Positions 18,501 through 29,600 of a stretch of 58,298 nucleotides of DNA are shown piece after piece. The notes under the pieces were generated by a model. It was not told the DNA's origin. It was given only the letters and a program-made list of their open reading frames with translations, and did no database searches. Both the position numbers and the translations under genes were made by a program. The DNA is from a virus. Its lineage: Duplodnaviria > Caudoviricetes. Location: positions 1 through 58,298 of the IMG/VR virus record IMGVR_UViG_3300032334_001544. One strand, written 5' to 3'. Positions within the stretch are counted from its first letter, which is position 1. Every line of letters begins with the position of its first letter.

Positions 18501-20069
18501 TCAGAACACCGCAACAAAAGGCATTGGTGGAATGATTTCGGATCTATCCATCATTAAATTTTCGCTTAAATTAGCGTCATATTGACGCAAATGCACTATG
18601 ACACGCACTATCAGTAGCGTGGCGCTGATTAAATCGTCAGTTTCACCTATTTTTGCCTGGTAACTGTTGCCATGCGCAACGAAAGTTTTCAATTCTGATA
18701 TCAGGGATTTGCTACGCAATTTCAACTTATCAGTTTCAACCCACAATTTGAATTTGGCACAAGCTGCTAGTTTACTGGTATTGGTTGTGTTGAATCCTTT
18801 GCGATATCTCCTGCTTGACCCCATCTTGGCAGGCTCGCTCAGGAAATCTCCTGGTATGTTTTCTTCACCCAGGTCTGAGATGGCATTCAATGCAGCTTCA
18901 CCGATGGTGTTGTTCTCCACGGTGTAATACAGATTATCACGGTCATTTGTCATGCTTACGATGTGCTTGCATATGGAAGATAATATGCCCACCTGTTGTT
19001 GGATGGGTGTGAGATTGTGTTGCCACTCTGCCACTTGGCTCATGGTGGTAGCATCGAACACCTGTATGGCTGAAGGATCGCCCCCTGTGCCCAGGCTGGG
19101 ATCCAATGTCACTATGTATATGTGTCCGCGCTGTGGCTTCTCGTACCATCTGATCTGTCCTTGTTTTTCTATAGGGTCAATACCAGTTAAATCTATCAAC
19201 TTACTAGGCGCAATCAATGTTTCGTCGTAGATGATAAACTTACAGTTGTTTTCACGTTCAAACCTGTCTGAACCTACGCTGGATCTCTCACGGGCAGCCC
19301 AGGTCTCATCACGTTCAGGATGCCTATCCCAAGTGGCAATGTAAGGACTGAATCCGTTCCTACCTACCAGAGTAGTATTACCAAACTCATCGAACTTCTT
19401 GTTTGCTTCCTTCCAGATCTCAGCAAACATATCTTCGTCGCTGTTTGGAGTGCTTGTGATGATGGCTTTACCACCAGTGCTGAGCGTGGGGCTGATGGAA
19501 GTCCAGAATTCCTTGGCCCATGTGGGTCTAACGAAGGCCAACTCGTCACAGTACAACAGTGAGATACTCATACCACGTCCAGTTGTCTCAGTAGTTGTAG
19601 CTGACACGATACGGCTGCCGTTGTCGAATGTTATGCTGCCCTTGTTGTAATCTGTGGCACCAGCACGGATATGATCAGGCACACTCTCATAGGCAAAGCG
19701 CACACGGTTCATGATTTCTTGCGCACCAGTGTATTTGTTTGATGCCACCAGTATGGTACTATCAGGAATAAACATGGCATACCATAGCAGATATCCGCCA
19801 GCCACTGTGGTCTTGCCCATCTGACGGCCCAGCATGTTTATGCTGAAGCGATTTTCATGGTAATTTTTCAACAATTCTTCCTGATAGTCGAATGGTTGGA
19901 ATTGTATCTTGCCCACTGTGGGATGCTGGATATAAAAGAAGTTTTTCAGGAAGTATTCGCAACCAGTATCAAAATCAGCACACAGGCTAAATTCCAGCAG
20001 TTCTTGCTCAGTATAGCTGATTCGTTTGTGAGCCTTTTTTATCAGGACTCCCTCAAGTGATTTTGCCAT
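18501..20069 (-). CDS. terminase large subunit (T4 gp17-like)
   Basis: YQ adenine-binding motif, GRQMGKTT Walker A, LLYCDE Walker B, TSTPN, RNase H-like DPS...D and TDD. Confidence 0.95.
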   Translation of the reverse strand: MAKSLEGVLIKKAHKRISYTEQELLEFSLCADFDTGCEYFLKNFFYIQHPTVGKIQFQPFDYQEELLKNYHENRFSINMLGRQMGKTTVAGGYLLWYAMFIPDSTILVASNKYTGAQEIMNRVRFAYESVPDHIRAGATDYNKGSITFDNGSRIVSATTTETTGRGMSISLLYCDELAFVRPTWAKEFWTSISPTLSTGGKAIITSTPNSDEDMFAEIWKEANKKFDEFGNTTLVGRNGFSPYIATWDRHPERDETWAARERSSVGSDRFERENNCKFIIYDETLIAPSKLIDLTGIDPIEKQGQIRWYEKPQRGHIYIVTLDPSLGTGGDPSAIQVFDATTMSQVAEWQHNLTPIQQQVGILSSICKHIVSMTNDRDNLYYTVENNTIGEAALNAISDLGEENIPGDFLSEPAKMGSSRRYRKGFNTTNTSKLAACAKFKLWVETDKLKLRSKSLISELKTFVAHGNSYQAKIGETDDLISATLLIVRVIVHLRQYDANLSENLMMDRSEIIPPMPFVAVF

Positions 20070-20317
20070 TATAGAATCCTAAAGTCTTTACCGTTTATAT
20101 AGCGTGTATGACCATAGAGATCTATGTGGCTGATTTGGATGCTGTGTATAGTAGCTTGGATATTGTCTTTCCAGTACCATAAGAACTTGTGTATTCTAGG
20201 GAAATTAGGAACGTGATCATTTGTCTGCCAAACAAACTCTTGGAGTAGACTCCTGTAGTCTGGCATGTAATATAGTATTTGGATAGTTGCTATCTGAGGT
20301 CGTTCCCATAAGCGCAT
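20069..20317 (-). CDS. usg: Usg family protein
   Basis: ILYYMPDYRSLLQEFVWQ..D..P.FP....FL..W.......HS matches the alphaproteobacterial Usg pattern. Confidence 0.75.
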   Translation of the reverse strand: MRLWERPQIATIQILYYMPDYRSLLQEFVWQTNDHVPNFPRIHKFLWYWKDNIQATIHSIQISHIDLYGHTRYINGKDFRIL

Positions 20318-20391
20318 AGAATATTTATCTTGACATATGATCGCAATACGCTATTATATAACAGTAATTTCTACGAAAGTAAATACTTTAT

Positions 20392-20901
20392 ATGCCTGAT
20401 TGCCTCATCCTCAATGCCAATTATCAGCCACTCAGCTGGCTTCCCCTAAGTGTAATCCCCTGGCAACAGGCGGTTAAACTTCATTACATGGACAAAATCA
20501 AAGTCTTGGAATGGTATGACGACTGGGAAGTCCACAGCCCCAGCATCACCCTGAAGGTGCCTGCATTGGCTATTACCAGAGACTATCATGCCTTCCAGAA
20601 GGGAGTGCGTTTTAGTCGCGGCAACCTGTACCTTCGTGACCTGTTCCAATGCCAGTACTGTGCTGAGACTTTCGATTACCATGAGCTGAACATTGATCAT
20701 GTTCATCCCATGAGCAAAGGTGGTAAGACCAATTGGGAGAACTGTGTTACAAGCTGCATACCCTGTAATAATCGCAAGCAGAATTATTATAGGAAACCCA
20801 TACGTGAACCGTTCAAACCTGATTATTGGACGCTGACCAATCGTCGCAAGCGCATGCATTACGACCTTAGACACCCCAGCTGGGCAGATTACATCAATTA
20901 A
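20392..20901 (+). CDS. HNH endonuclease (McrA/HNH_5-like)
   Basis: LILNANYQPL, RDLFQCQYC, IDHVHPMSKGG..NW.N....C..CN..K. Confidence 0.9.
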   Translation: MPDCLILNANYQPLSWLPLSVIPWQQAVKLHYMDKIKVLEWYDDWEVHSPSITLKVPALAITRDYHAFQKGVRFSRGNLYLRDLFQCQYCAETFDYHELNIDHVHPMSKGGKTNWENCVTSCIPCNNRKQNYYRKPIREPFKPDYWTLTNRRKRMHYDLRHPSWADYIN

Positions 20902-21173
20902 CGGCGTTTAACTGGTGATCCACCCATCAGTGCATACCAGGCTGGAGTACCAGGTCTGATACCAGTGTCACGAGCATATTGCAGCAGCGGTTCTTTTATC
21001 GCTGCTGTTTCCTTGATTATCTCAGCTTTGCGCTCGTTGATACGTTGGGCAGCATTTAGTCCACCCATGTACTGGGCAGCTACCATGTCATATAAGGGAT
21101 CATCTGGTGCTAGTGAACAATCAGTTTCACTACTTGGGGTATAATTTTCAGTGGATATACGATATTGCTTCAT
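20898..21173 (-). CDS. hypothetical protein
   Basis: Co-oriented with the late block; IRPGTPAW motif. Confidence 0.6.
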   Translation of the reverse strand: MKQYRISTENYTPSSETDCSLAPDDPLYDMVAAQYMGGLNAAQRINERKAEIIKETAAIKEPLLQYARDTGIRPGTPAWYALMGGSPVKRR

Positions 21174-21544
21174 GATTTACGTTTGATGTGTTTGCCCGAG
21201 TTCTGTAACACAGGGCTCTTTATATTGGTATTTGCTATCTCAGTGCTGCGATTATTGCTGAGTTTTTTCATACCCTTGCTTCCCACCATCTTGGCAGCAG
21301 CATTGATCATGTCTAATTCTTCGTCTGTGTATGTGCTCATCAGTGGATCACCGCTGATGCTTCCAGCTGCTTTAGTGGGATAATCAGGAGCACCAGCCAT
21401 TGCGATGCCGAAACGATAGTTGAGATAGGCTGAACCAGTGCTCATGTTTTGATCTGGAAAATGCATAGCGTTCTTGATCGCTGCTTGGTATACAGGATCA
21501 AATTCACCATCTTTTGTTTCACTAATAAATTCAGCCGCTCTCAT
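21170..21544 (-). CDS. putative internal head protein
   Basis: N-terminus MRAAEFISE resembles the T4 capsid-targeting sequence. Confidence 0.5.
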   Translation of the reverse strand: MRAAEFISETKDGEFDPVYQAAIKNAMHFPDQNMSTGSAYLNYRFGIAMAGAPDYPTKAAGSISGDPLMSTYTDEELDMINAAAKMVGSKGMKKLSNNRSTEIANTNIKSPVLQNSGKHIKRKS

Positions 21545-21545
21545 A

Positions 21546-22142
21546 TTAATTCCCAGTCTTTACTGGTAAGCTCCAATAATTGGCCTGCTTGGATTTGCTG
21601 CTACAATCGTAAGATTCCACGAACATACGGGTACGTGCTGATGTGGTCTTCCTGTAGTGGCATTCGAATGTGACACGGGCTTCTGTAGCTGTGGGGTTCC
21701 TGGCAATCACTGTGACATCAGATTCAGGCAACTGATCCGTTTCCACCAACTTGGCTTCTGCTTTCCTCAGTTTATAACCTTGTTCCACCATGGTTTCATG
21801 CATAGGGTTACTCTTGGCAATATTCCTGACAAAATCCTGTGTGATACCAGCCGATTCCATGGGAGGCTGATGCATGAACGTGCGATGCATCTGTTCACCA
21901 TCACGCTCGAATGTCAGCACAAATTCTGCCATCTTCTGTCTCTGGCCTTCGCTCAACAAGCCCATGCCGTCCATCTTTTTCCAGCTTTTTTCGTCCAGGT
22001 CCACTGTGATGGTACTGTCGGTGTGTTCCACAACACTGGCACTAATGGCATTGACGTTATTGATCTCGAAAACTACCACGTCGCCGGTCACTGGTGCAAA
22101 CTGTTGTCTTTCAACTATTTTCAAATATTCGCCGAATTTCAT
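21546..22142 (-). CDS. hypothetical protein (possible head protein)
   Basis: N-terminus MKFGEYLKIVE. Confidence 0.5.
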   Translation of the reverse strand: MKFGEYLKIVERQQFAPVTGDVVVFEINNVNAISASVVEHTDSTITVDLDEKSWKKMDGMGLLSEGQRQKMAEFVLTFERDGEQMHRTFMHQPPMESAGITQDFVRNIAKSNPMHETMVEQGYKLRKAEAKLVETDQLPESDVTVIARNPTATEARVTFECHYRKTTSARTRMFVESYDCSSKSKQANYWSLPVKTGN

Positions 22143-22151
22143 GTCTGCTCC

Positions 22152-22748
22152 TCAATCAAATGACACTGATACGTGTTGTAGTGGATTATCGCCACCACCT
22201 ACTTTAGGACTAGTTAGTTTGGGTCTATTAAGATCGTTGCCGCTGGGTATAGCTGCACTGATATCTTTGGTCATTTCGTGTGGACTGTTGGTATAAGGAC
22301 GATCATCTGTGCCTTCAGCAGCAGCCATTGCACCCATGTCCATATGATCCATGTCATCTGCTGCACCTTGATCAGGCAAGCTGATGCTCACTGGTGGCAT
22401 TTCAGCAGTTCCCATGCTGGGCATTCCACCGATACCAGGCATATCTTGATCTGCTTGTGCAGCCATGGCAGGCAACCCTGGCAAGCCAGGTATTCCACTT
22501 GCAGGTGCACCCATGCCAGGCGCAGGAACGTCTGCTTGTACGGCTGCCATATCAGGACTATTAACTCCGCCAACCATACCGGCCAGCTTGAGTATCTGTG
22601 CTAATACTGCATCATCACCTGATGTCTTGATTTCCACAGCCTCAGCAACTTTTGCGTTCATCCTGTTGATGCTATCTATGGCTCTGATAGCTTCGGGACT
22701 CCTGTCTGAAATCTCTTGTAATTTCTTTAGTACATCAATCATCTGCAT
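22152..22748 (-). CDS. hypothetical low-complexity protein
   Basis: ILKLAG motif, Pro/Gly/Met-rich middle, YTNSP...SGNDLNRPK C-terminus. Confidence 0.55.
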   Translation of the reverse strand: MQMIDVLKKLQEISDRSPEAIRAIDSINRMNAKVAEAVEIKTSGDDAVLAQILKLAGMVGGVNSPDMAAVQADVPAPGMGAPASGIPGLPGLPAMAAQADQDMPGIGGMPSMGTAEMPPVSISLPDQGAADDMDHMDMGAMAAAEGTDDRPYTNSPHEMTKDISAAIPSGNDLNRPKLTSPKVGGGDNPLQHVSVSFD

Positions 22749-23314
22749 TATATTCTTCTCCCTGTGGTGGTAGCAGGCATTTTGGGTTTGTGCATACCCA
22801 GGGGTCCACGAGTGTTTTGTGGCAGATCATTGGTAGTGGATCCTTTCTCTGGTTTTACTGCAAACTGATGTTCAGTTGTGGGCATCTTCAGAGCATTGGC
22901 CAGATCCGCCAATAATTGTGGGCTATTTGTTTTGGGATAATCTGATGTAAGCACTGGTTCATCAGATTCAGGAACTACAGGTGCTGCCAAGACTTCCTGT
23001 TGGGGAGTCATTACCATGATGCAATGCAACGGCATACCTGTACTTTCATGTATAGCTGCTTGTATCTCATGTGGTGTGCAAGGATAGTTTACTACCAGAT
23101 CCACGATATAAAGTTCTGTGACAGGTATGTGTTCAAAACCCTGGGGTTTTTCACTGATGGGTGTTCTTTTGGGTTCACTTATAGCTTCCAAGTTCCAACG
23201 TGCCATGGACCGTTTAAGGCTGTCCATCTGCTGTTCGGTGAGTTCCTTAGCCAATTTGGCACGGAATCCGTATTTCTTGTCGCTTTCCTTTAGGTATTTT
23301 TTATAAGTCTTCAT
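22748..23314 (-). CDS. putative virion protein
   Basis: MKTYKKYLKE N-terminus; TAAATA box upstream. Confidence 0.55.
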   Translation of the reverse strand: MKTYKKYLKESDKKYGFRAKLAKELTEQQMDSLKRSMARWNLEAISEPKRTPISEKPQGFEHIPVTELYIVDLVVNYPCTPHEIQAAIHESTGMPLHCIMVMTPQQEVLAAPVVPESDEPVLTSDYPKTNSPQLLADLANALKMPTTEHQFAVKPEKGSTTNDLPQNTRGPLGMHKPKMPATTTGRRI

Positions 23315-23334
23315 GCTTGTGCCCTTGTTGATAT

Positions 23335-23763
23335 TTATCGTTTTCCAAAGGTTTTTAATAACTCGTTGCGATCAAATACCTGTGCTTCTACTATTTCTGT
23401 ACCATTACTGCCTTGTGCTTCAGCCTTCTGCATGGCTAACCTTTCTGCTCGCATGAGCAATTCTTGCTGCTTGAGTTTCTTCTGTACCTTGCCCAGCTTG
23501 GCAGTGATGGCATGCCCCAACATCTTGCTTGCGGCATCAAATATTGGTGCACTGAACCTGGCTTCTGTGTTCATGCCCAGGCTCTGCAGATTCTCGAAAC
23601 TTTCCACGGCCTGATCGGCTAATTTATCCAGTTCCCTGTCGGTCTTATCTTCAGGTATATCCAACATGCTGCTCTCTATGCTCAGTGCAGTTTCCATGGC
23701 ATCTGAGACTTCTCTACTTGGGCTGACAGGTAGGTCAAAAAGCTCTGCTAATTTCTGTGTCAT
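23335..23763 (-). CDS. possible terminase small subunit
   Basis: Size and helical pattern (EAR..IF, DRNELLK) resemble gp16-like proteins; weak evidence. Confidence 0.4.
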   Translation of the reverse strand: MTQKLAELFDLPVSPSREVSDAMETALSIESSMLDIPEDKTDRELDKLADQAVESFENLQSLGMNTEARFSAPIFDAASKMLGHAITAKLGKVQKKLKQQELLMRAERLAMQKAEAQGSNGTEIVEAQVFDRNELLKTFGKR

Positions 23764-23766
23764 GTG

Positions 23767-24201
23767 TCATCTCTTCTTAGTATTGCTGAACATGTCGTGT
23801 TCTGTGAGTATACGGAATTTAATATTGTTGTTCTTGCACCAGTTGTCAGCCGCTTGCCATTTGGCCTGGTTGATCACAGCAAAAACCTGGCTGCGCACAT
23901 GCTTGCCTGCTGCTGCTATACTGGTTTCTTTACTGGGCTTTATCTCGATCAATTCCACTTGTTCTGTGCCATTTGCATCACGATATTTTATGAAGAAGTC
24001 AGGTATGTATTTGGTTTTTTTCTGGGTCAGCGGATTAACATAAGGTATCTGTATGGATTCGCTTGCCCAAGCTAGTATATGCGGATTGTTATCACAGAAT
24101 TGCATGAATGTCAATTCCCAACTGCTACGATATCTTATGCTCCCTTTACCAGCATATTTTTCTGGATGTGTGGGAATGAATATACCTTGTGAATACTTCA
24201 T
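23767..24201 (-). CDS. head completion nuclease (T4 gp4-like)
   Basis: HPEKY.G, YRSSWE, WASE, Y.PDF, IEIKP, N.AKW.AA, ILTE. Confidence 0.9.
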   Translation of the reverse strand: MKYSQGIFIPTHPEKYAGKGSIRYRSSWELTFMQFCDNNPHILAWASESIQIPYVNPLTQKKTKYIPDFFIKYRDANGTEQVELIEIKPSKETSIAAAGKHVRSQVFAVINQAKWQAADNWCKNNNIKFRILTEHDMFSNTKKR

Positions 24202-24554
24202 GGTAATATAGTACGGCTTATGGTCTGGTTACTGCTGACAGAACTGCGAAATCCCAACTTGCTAGTGGGTCCTTTCTGGCTGTTGAAAAAACTTATCATT
24301 AATTTCTTATAATTGCTACTATCTGTGCTCTTCTGGAATTCCAATATCATGCGATTTGGATCCAGATTATTCTTATATGTGAGTGCTATCAACATGTCCG
24401 TGAGACTCAGAGCAGCATTACGGCTACCAGTCCGGCTACGAAAGAAATTGAATATCTCATTATACTGGACAGGATTTATCTGCATACTTTTGTTAAAGTA
24501 GCTGTTAAAAAATGTCTGTTCTTGGTCTATAGTTGTGACTGGTATGTTTGCCAT
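24198..24554 (-). CDS. hypothetical protein
   Basis: Co-oriented; TAAATA box upstream. Confidence 0.6.
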   Translation of the reverse strand: MANIPVTTIDQEQTFFNSYFNKSMQINPVQYNEIFNFFRSRTGSRNAALSLTDMLIALTYKNNLDPNRMILEFQKSTDSSNYKKLMISFFNSQKGPTSKLGFRSSVSSNQTISRTILP

Positions 24555-24562
24555 ATGGATAT

Positions 24563-25945
24563 TTACTGATTAATTATCGCAGTCTGTCTGTTGTACAGTA
24601 TATATCTTTCAGCGATGGATGCCAGGTCGGCACCTGGTTTTATATTCAACAATGCGATCTGTTTGGCTGCAACAGCTATTTCTGCACTAGTATAACCCTT
24701 GGCAAACAGTTGTTTCTTCCAATCCAGGCCATTATATGCTATCCGTGTATTGAATAATGGGTCCGAAAGATCTATAGCTGCCACAGATGGACTGAGTCCT
24801 GATAATTCTGGCAATGCCATCAGATTATTGGGTTTTGATATATACATTTCTGATAGTTGTACAAGATTATAATCGGCCAACTGGCCCAGAGTGTACTGTC
24901 CCAGATAATTGCTGGCAGATTCAATCTGTTGGACAGTATAGCCTTTGTTATGCAAGACTGCTTGATAACTGTTAGTGGGATACACTTGGTCTCCCAGAGT
25001 TGATAGGATTTTTCCATCACTAGTTAGATCGGCATAGGTGTTAGTTGCGTTACTGACGTTATATGAGCTGCCTGTTGTATCATAAGTTTCTGCTGTGGGA
25101 TACTGATAGTTATTATTCAGAGCAGTATCAGTAGTTACTGATATTGTATTTGCAGGATCTACTATGCTACCCATATAAGGATCTACATTATTATATACTG
25201 GATCAGTGCTTAAAGTAGGCTTGAATACATTATCTACAAGAGGTGTCTCTTCCGAGCTGACTTGGGCAAGTTCCGACACAGTGGCATTATCGTTGGGACT
25301 GGGAAAATTATCGTAACGATCCTGGGTTCCAAAACCAGGAGTAGCCATGGCATTGCCAGTGCTATAGTTCACAGCAGTATAATGCAAGGTCATCTTGGAG
25401 TCCATTATACCTTGACCATCGAAATTATCATGTTGATCATGTGTGAAATTACTGATCACAGGACGCCACAATGTGATGATGCTGCTGTCTGGTCCGTGGA
25501 AACTATAGATGTTTATCTTGTCTAAAAACCAGTTGTTCACACCCTGATCCATACCCCATTGTTTCTGGCTACGGTCGGTGGTGTATCTGTCATCAGTCAG
25601 ATGGTTTGAACTAGCTGTGTACGTGCCATCACGGAAATAATATTGATAGTATTTGGCCCATAGTTTTCTCAGACCATCTGAATTATCATCATGGAAAGTG
25701 ATGGTTACAGGATCATATTTGACTTGTGTCTGTGTCCAGACCCTGTGATTATATTGATTCATGTCTTTAATCACTGGTGTGAATTTGGGTAATTCCACAT
25801 TCTTCACCAGTAGATCTATGTCATCTTTCTCGTTAGTAAAGAAGAAATGTACGTGAAACAGCCACTTGTATTTGGGAGACCGCGCATATTTGTTGCCAAC
25901 AAAAATCTTGCTGGCATGCTGATAATCACGTAATATTTCTTGCAT
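24563..25945 (-). CDS. tail tube-like / baseplate tube initiator protein
   Basis: N-terminal gp19/gp54-like fold (VELPKF, YDPVTITFHDD); follows the tail tube gene. Confidence 0.65.
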   Translation of the reverse strand: MQEILRDYQHASKIFVGNKYARSPKYKWLFHVHFFFTNEKDDIDLLVKNVELPKFTPVIKDMNQYNHRVWTQTQVKYDPVTITFHDDNSDGLRKLWAKYYQYYFRDGTYTASSNHLTDDRYTTDRSQKQWGMDQGVNNWFLDKINIYSFHGPDSSIITLWRPVISNFTHDQHDNFDGQGIMDSKMTLHYTAVNYSTGNAMATPGFGTQDRYDNFPSPNDNATVSELAQVSSEETPLVDNVFKPTLSTDPVYNNVDPYMGSIVDPANTISVTTDTALNNNYQYPTAETYDTTGSSYNVSNATNTYADLTSDGKILSTLGDQVYPTNSYQAVLHNKGYTVQQIESASNYLGQYTLGQLADYNLVQLSEMYISKPNNLMALPELSGLSPSVAAIDLSDPLFNTRIAYNGLDWKKQLFAKGYTSAEIAVAAKQIALLNIKPGADLASIAERYILYNRQTAIINQ

Positions 25946-25955
25946 GACCTATGCC

Positions 25956-26570
25956 TTAGTTTGTAGCAGATACCCCAAATGTCCTGCCTACATTTGTGCC
26001 CACATAACCACCAACTGCTTGGATAGCATTGTCATAACGCAATGTCAGTGAAATGGTAGCAGGATCATTGCTGCTGTATTCGAAATTGTTAAAATTGGCT
26101 TCACTGATGAAGCAACCATACAATTCCCAATCTTCCAGCACAGTAGGTTGTGAACTGCTGGCGCCGTTGCCGCCATCCAATGCTTGGAACCTGGTAGTGA
26201 ACTTGTAATCCTGTCCTGAAACAGCACTGGCCTGTTGTGCAAAATCAAACTGTTTCTGCAACTGTTGGCCCACCAGTGAGTTTACTTGTCCGGATGCATC
26301 ATCACGCAGGTTAACTGTCACAGTCTGCCATTCTGGCTTACCTGTCAGGTACACTTTGCTGTTGTATACATCGATTGTGATGGGGTTAAAGTTCACATTT
26401 GGACGTGTGAAGTCGATCACCTGTTTGGTCATTTCGGTGGTCTGGAAATTAGCTTTACCTAATCCTACGAAATAAACCCTGAAGCGATATTTTAGTTTGG
26501 GCATCAATAAGCCCTGGTTGTTAGCTTTGTCTGCTGGTACTGTCATATTAAGTAATGAAGCTGTTGCCAT
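25956..26570 (-). CDS. tail tube protein (gp19-like)
   Basis: YRFRV, RP, GKPEWQTVTVNLRDD, WELYGCF, LTLRYDNA. Confidence 0.8.
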   Translation of the reverse strand: MATASLLNMTVPADKANNQGLLMPKLKYRFRVYFVGLGKANFQTTEMTKQVIDFTRPNVNFNPITIDVYNSKVYLTGKPEWQTVTVNLRDDASGQVNSLVGQQLQKQFDFAQQASAVSGQDYKFTTRFQALDGGNGASSSQPTVLEDWELYGCFISEANFNNFEYSSNDPATISLTLRYDNAIQAVGGYVGTNVGRTFGVSATN

Positions 26571-26632
26571 AGTGCAATCTCCTTATGCAAGTATTTATAT
26601 CGTTTTGTATAGATTCAAAAGCCCTAAAATGA

Positions 26633-26660
26633 TAAAGCCGCCTGTTAGGGCGGCTTTATT
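26633..26660. terminator. intrinsic terminator after sheath gene
   Basis: TAAAGCCGCC/GGCGGCTTTA stem. Confidence 0.65.
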
Positions 26661-26679
26661 CTTGTATATTTTATGTATA

Positions 26680-29600
26680 TTAGACTTTCAGAGATGTTGA
26701 AGTGTTGCTCACTCCACCTAAACCTGGAGCAGATCCCTGGAGGCTTCCAGTATTGAGGATCTTAACAGGAATGTAGATGAATTCCACAGCTCTGATGGGC
26801 TCGATAGCTACGTCGATGTGTAGTTCATTACGATCAATGGTTGTGGGTGTGTTATTTGTTTCATCACATACAACCAAATAATCGTTGAGACCACGCTGTA
26901 CCACTAGGGTATTGAGCATTGATTCCACTATATGTTTTGCTTGGAAACGGGTAATGGTATCATTGGGTTCAAAGATCAACGGTTTTACCACGATTTCCAA
27001 TTGGTATCTGATGTAGTTCACCAGACGTGCCACATTGATACGGTCCATGGCTTTGTTGATACCCTGTCTAGTCTTGTTGCCATAGTTCAAGATTCCCAGG
27101 TTGGGGAATATGGCCACAGGATTAACATTGTGTGTGTACAACAGGTCTCTAAGTGTCTGCTGCGTACCCACCCTTGTGAATGCGTTGCTATTGCCGTCCA
27201 GATATCCGATGGTGCTGACGTTGTCGATGAGACCACGTGCTGTACCAGCTGGAGCAAACCAAGGATAGCTGGCTTGATCACTGCGGATGAACACACGCAA
27301 TATAGCATGGCTCATGGGAACAACAACCTGACCGATGCTGCCATCCAAAGCATTCGTTAATGCTGCTGGTGGATAGAAGTAAGCCAGATATGGATCAGCA
27401 ATGGTCAATCCTGCTTCATCGTCTTGTGCTGTATTGCTGGTATTATCCAGGTACTTGACCAAGTCACTGCTGTTGCTGCTGAGTCTCATGGGAGTATCAG
27501 CGATAATGAAAGCAGTATTACGACGATCATTATTCAGTTCTACCAGGTTGAATGACAATTCTGGATAACCAGGGCATAGTATCAGGTTGAAGAAGCGTGA
27601 ATCTTCACGGATCTGTACGTTTGTATCCACAGTAGCTCGCATATGGCTCACAACAATGTCACGTTGTGCGCTACGGTAGAAATGAGGTGTACCATCAGCT
27701 TTGATACCGCTATAACTCTGCCAAGTTGACTGATATACCGGCAGTGGCTTATTGGGATAGTTCACGTTGGTAAACTTGCTAGCCACATATTTCTTGATAT
27801 TACCACTGCTACGGCGTGTGTTGAACAACAACATACCTCTTGGATACATCGTGGCATCTGGGCAATCCAAATCTGTGTAATCACTGATACGCAGGTTCTG
27901 GACAGCTGGGAAATCACCGATAGCAGGGTCGGTTGTGCCTGTTGTGTCCCAACGAGCATCAGCAAAGATTATACCATTGCTGCCAGTGCGGTCGGTGTTA
28001 TTGATCTGGACCCATATGTCAACACCCAAGATATTCTGATATCTCTTGAGGTTGGGATAGTTTACCAGGTCAGTTGTGTCACACCAGATATCACCGTAAA
28101 CCAATGGTGCACCAGTTGTCTGTGTAGTAGGAGCAACCACATCGAAGATCACGCCATTGGGATCAGTATAGAACAGGTCAAATCCACGAACGTCCTTGCG
28201 AACATTCTGATATCCTTTCCATCTTGTGCCATCATTGATCATGATGTCGATGACACGAGGGCTTTCATAATACCAAAGTGTGCCATCTGGCGCTGCAATG
28301 TCTGGCATGGTATTCTGTTGGAATAACTGAGCTGCTGGAGCCCAATTGGTTCCCAACACTTCACCTACAACCTCATCACTATCCATGATATTCAACACAC
28401 TGGATGTCATACCAGCGTCGCTGAGTGCGCTGCCAGGAACACCTGTTACCAAGTTATTGATTTCACGCATACGGACCACACCACCAGCTTGATGGGTGAT
28501 GCTGATCTGACCGATTTCATTCACTTCTGCTTGGATATAAGGAATGTTAGCTGACATCAACTGGCTTACAAACATGCTAGCACCAGTAATACCTGCAGCA
28601 GGAGTGACCATGCTGATGTTATATTTTGAACTATATTCAGGAGTACCAGGCAATGTGACACTGATTTCAAATGTGTCATTAACAGTGAAGTTAGGATTTA
28701 ATGCAGTACCAACTATATTGGTAGGTCCATCCACCTGGCGTTGCATCACACGATAGTTGAGATAATCACCACCTGCAGGGCCAAAGTCAGCCAGGACATA
28801 TAATGTGCCAGCTGGTATAGCCAAGCCACCCAGTAGCTTGTCCAGTCCGAAGTTTGCTTCAGCATCACCTTTGATGTATACTGGAGCTTTACGTTTAATG
28901 AACGCACCGCTGTTAGAACTGTATATGCTGATGTCGAAATTAGCACCACCATCTACTGATGTAGTCTTCAACCATACACTTCCTGTGGGACGTCTGGTAT
29001 CACCTGTGGGAAGATCAATTTCCAACTGTGGTATTGTGACATATCCAGTGCCCTGGTTAGTCACCGTGATCATTGTGACTTTACCGTTGGTCAATGTAGC
29101 TTGAGCAGTAGCAGCAATACCTGCAAATATCAATACTGCACTACCGTTGGGTTGAGGTGCTGTTGATAGCGGGCTAGGTGCTGCGCCACCCAAAGTACCT
29201 GGACTGATCACGCTGTAATGATAACCGTTGATGGCCACATCATCATTGAGATTGACAGTTATACCATTGTTCCATGTGATGCCTATTCTCACAGCTGGTG
29301 CTGCTGAATATCCACTGCCTTCGGTCTGCAATACGATGTTCTGGATGTTTGTGGGGCTACCGATGCCTAACTGTGCATAACCACTCGCGCCTGTTCCAGT
29401 TTCACCTGTCCTCCAAGCTGGTTCTTTATAGTGTGGTTCTGCCACAAACAATGGACTGTTGAACATACTACCAGTGGTAGGGGTCACTGTGATACCAGCA
29501 GTAGCAAAGAAATTGCCGGTGATATTCTCCAAGTACAGCTTGCCATCTGCCAAAACATTGCCTGATGCATCTAGTGTTTGCCCTGATTCTGCCATGTCAT

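Noticed and set aside
13903-20069. Inteins or introns in UvsX, gp32 or terminase
   Set aside because: Lengths are normal, the frames are uninterrupted, and no intein C...HN motifs were seen
20392-20901. HNH gene as an intron-encoded homing element
   Set aside because: It is free-standing between intact genes with its own promoter-like sequence and does not interrupt a coding region
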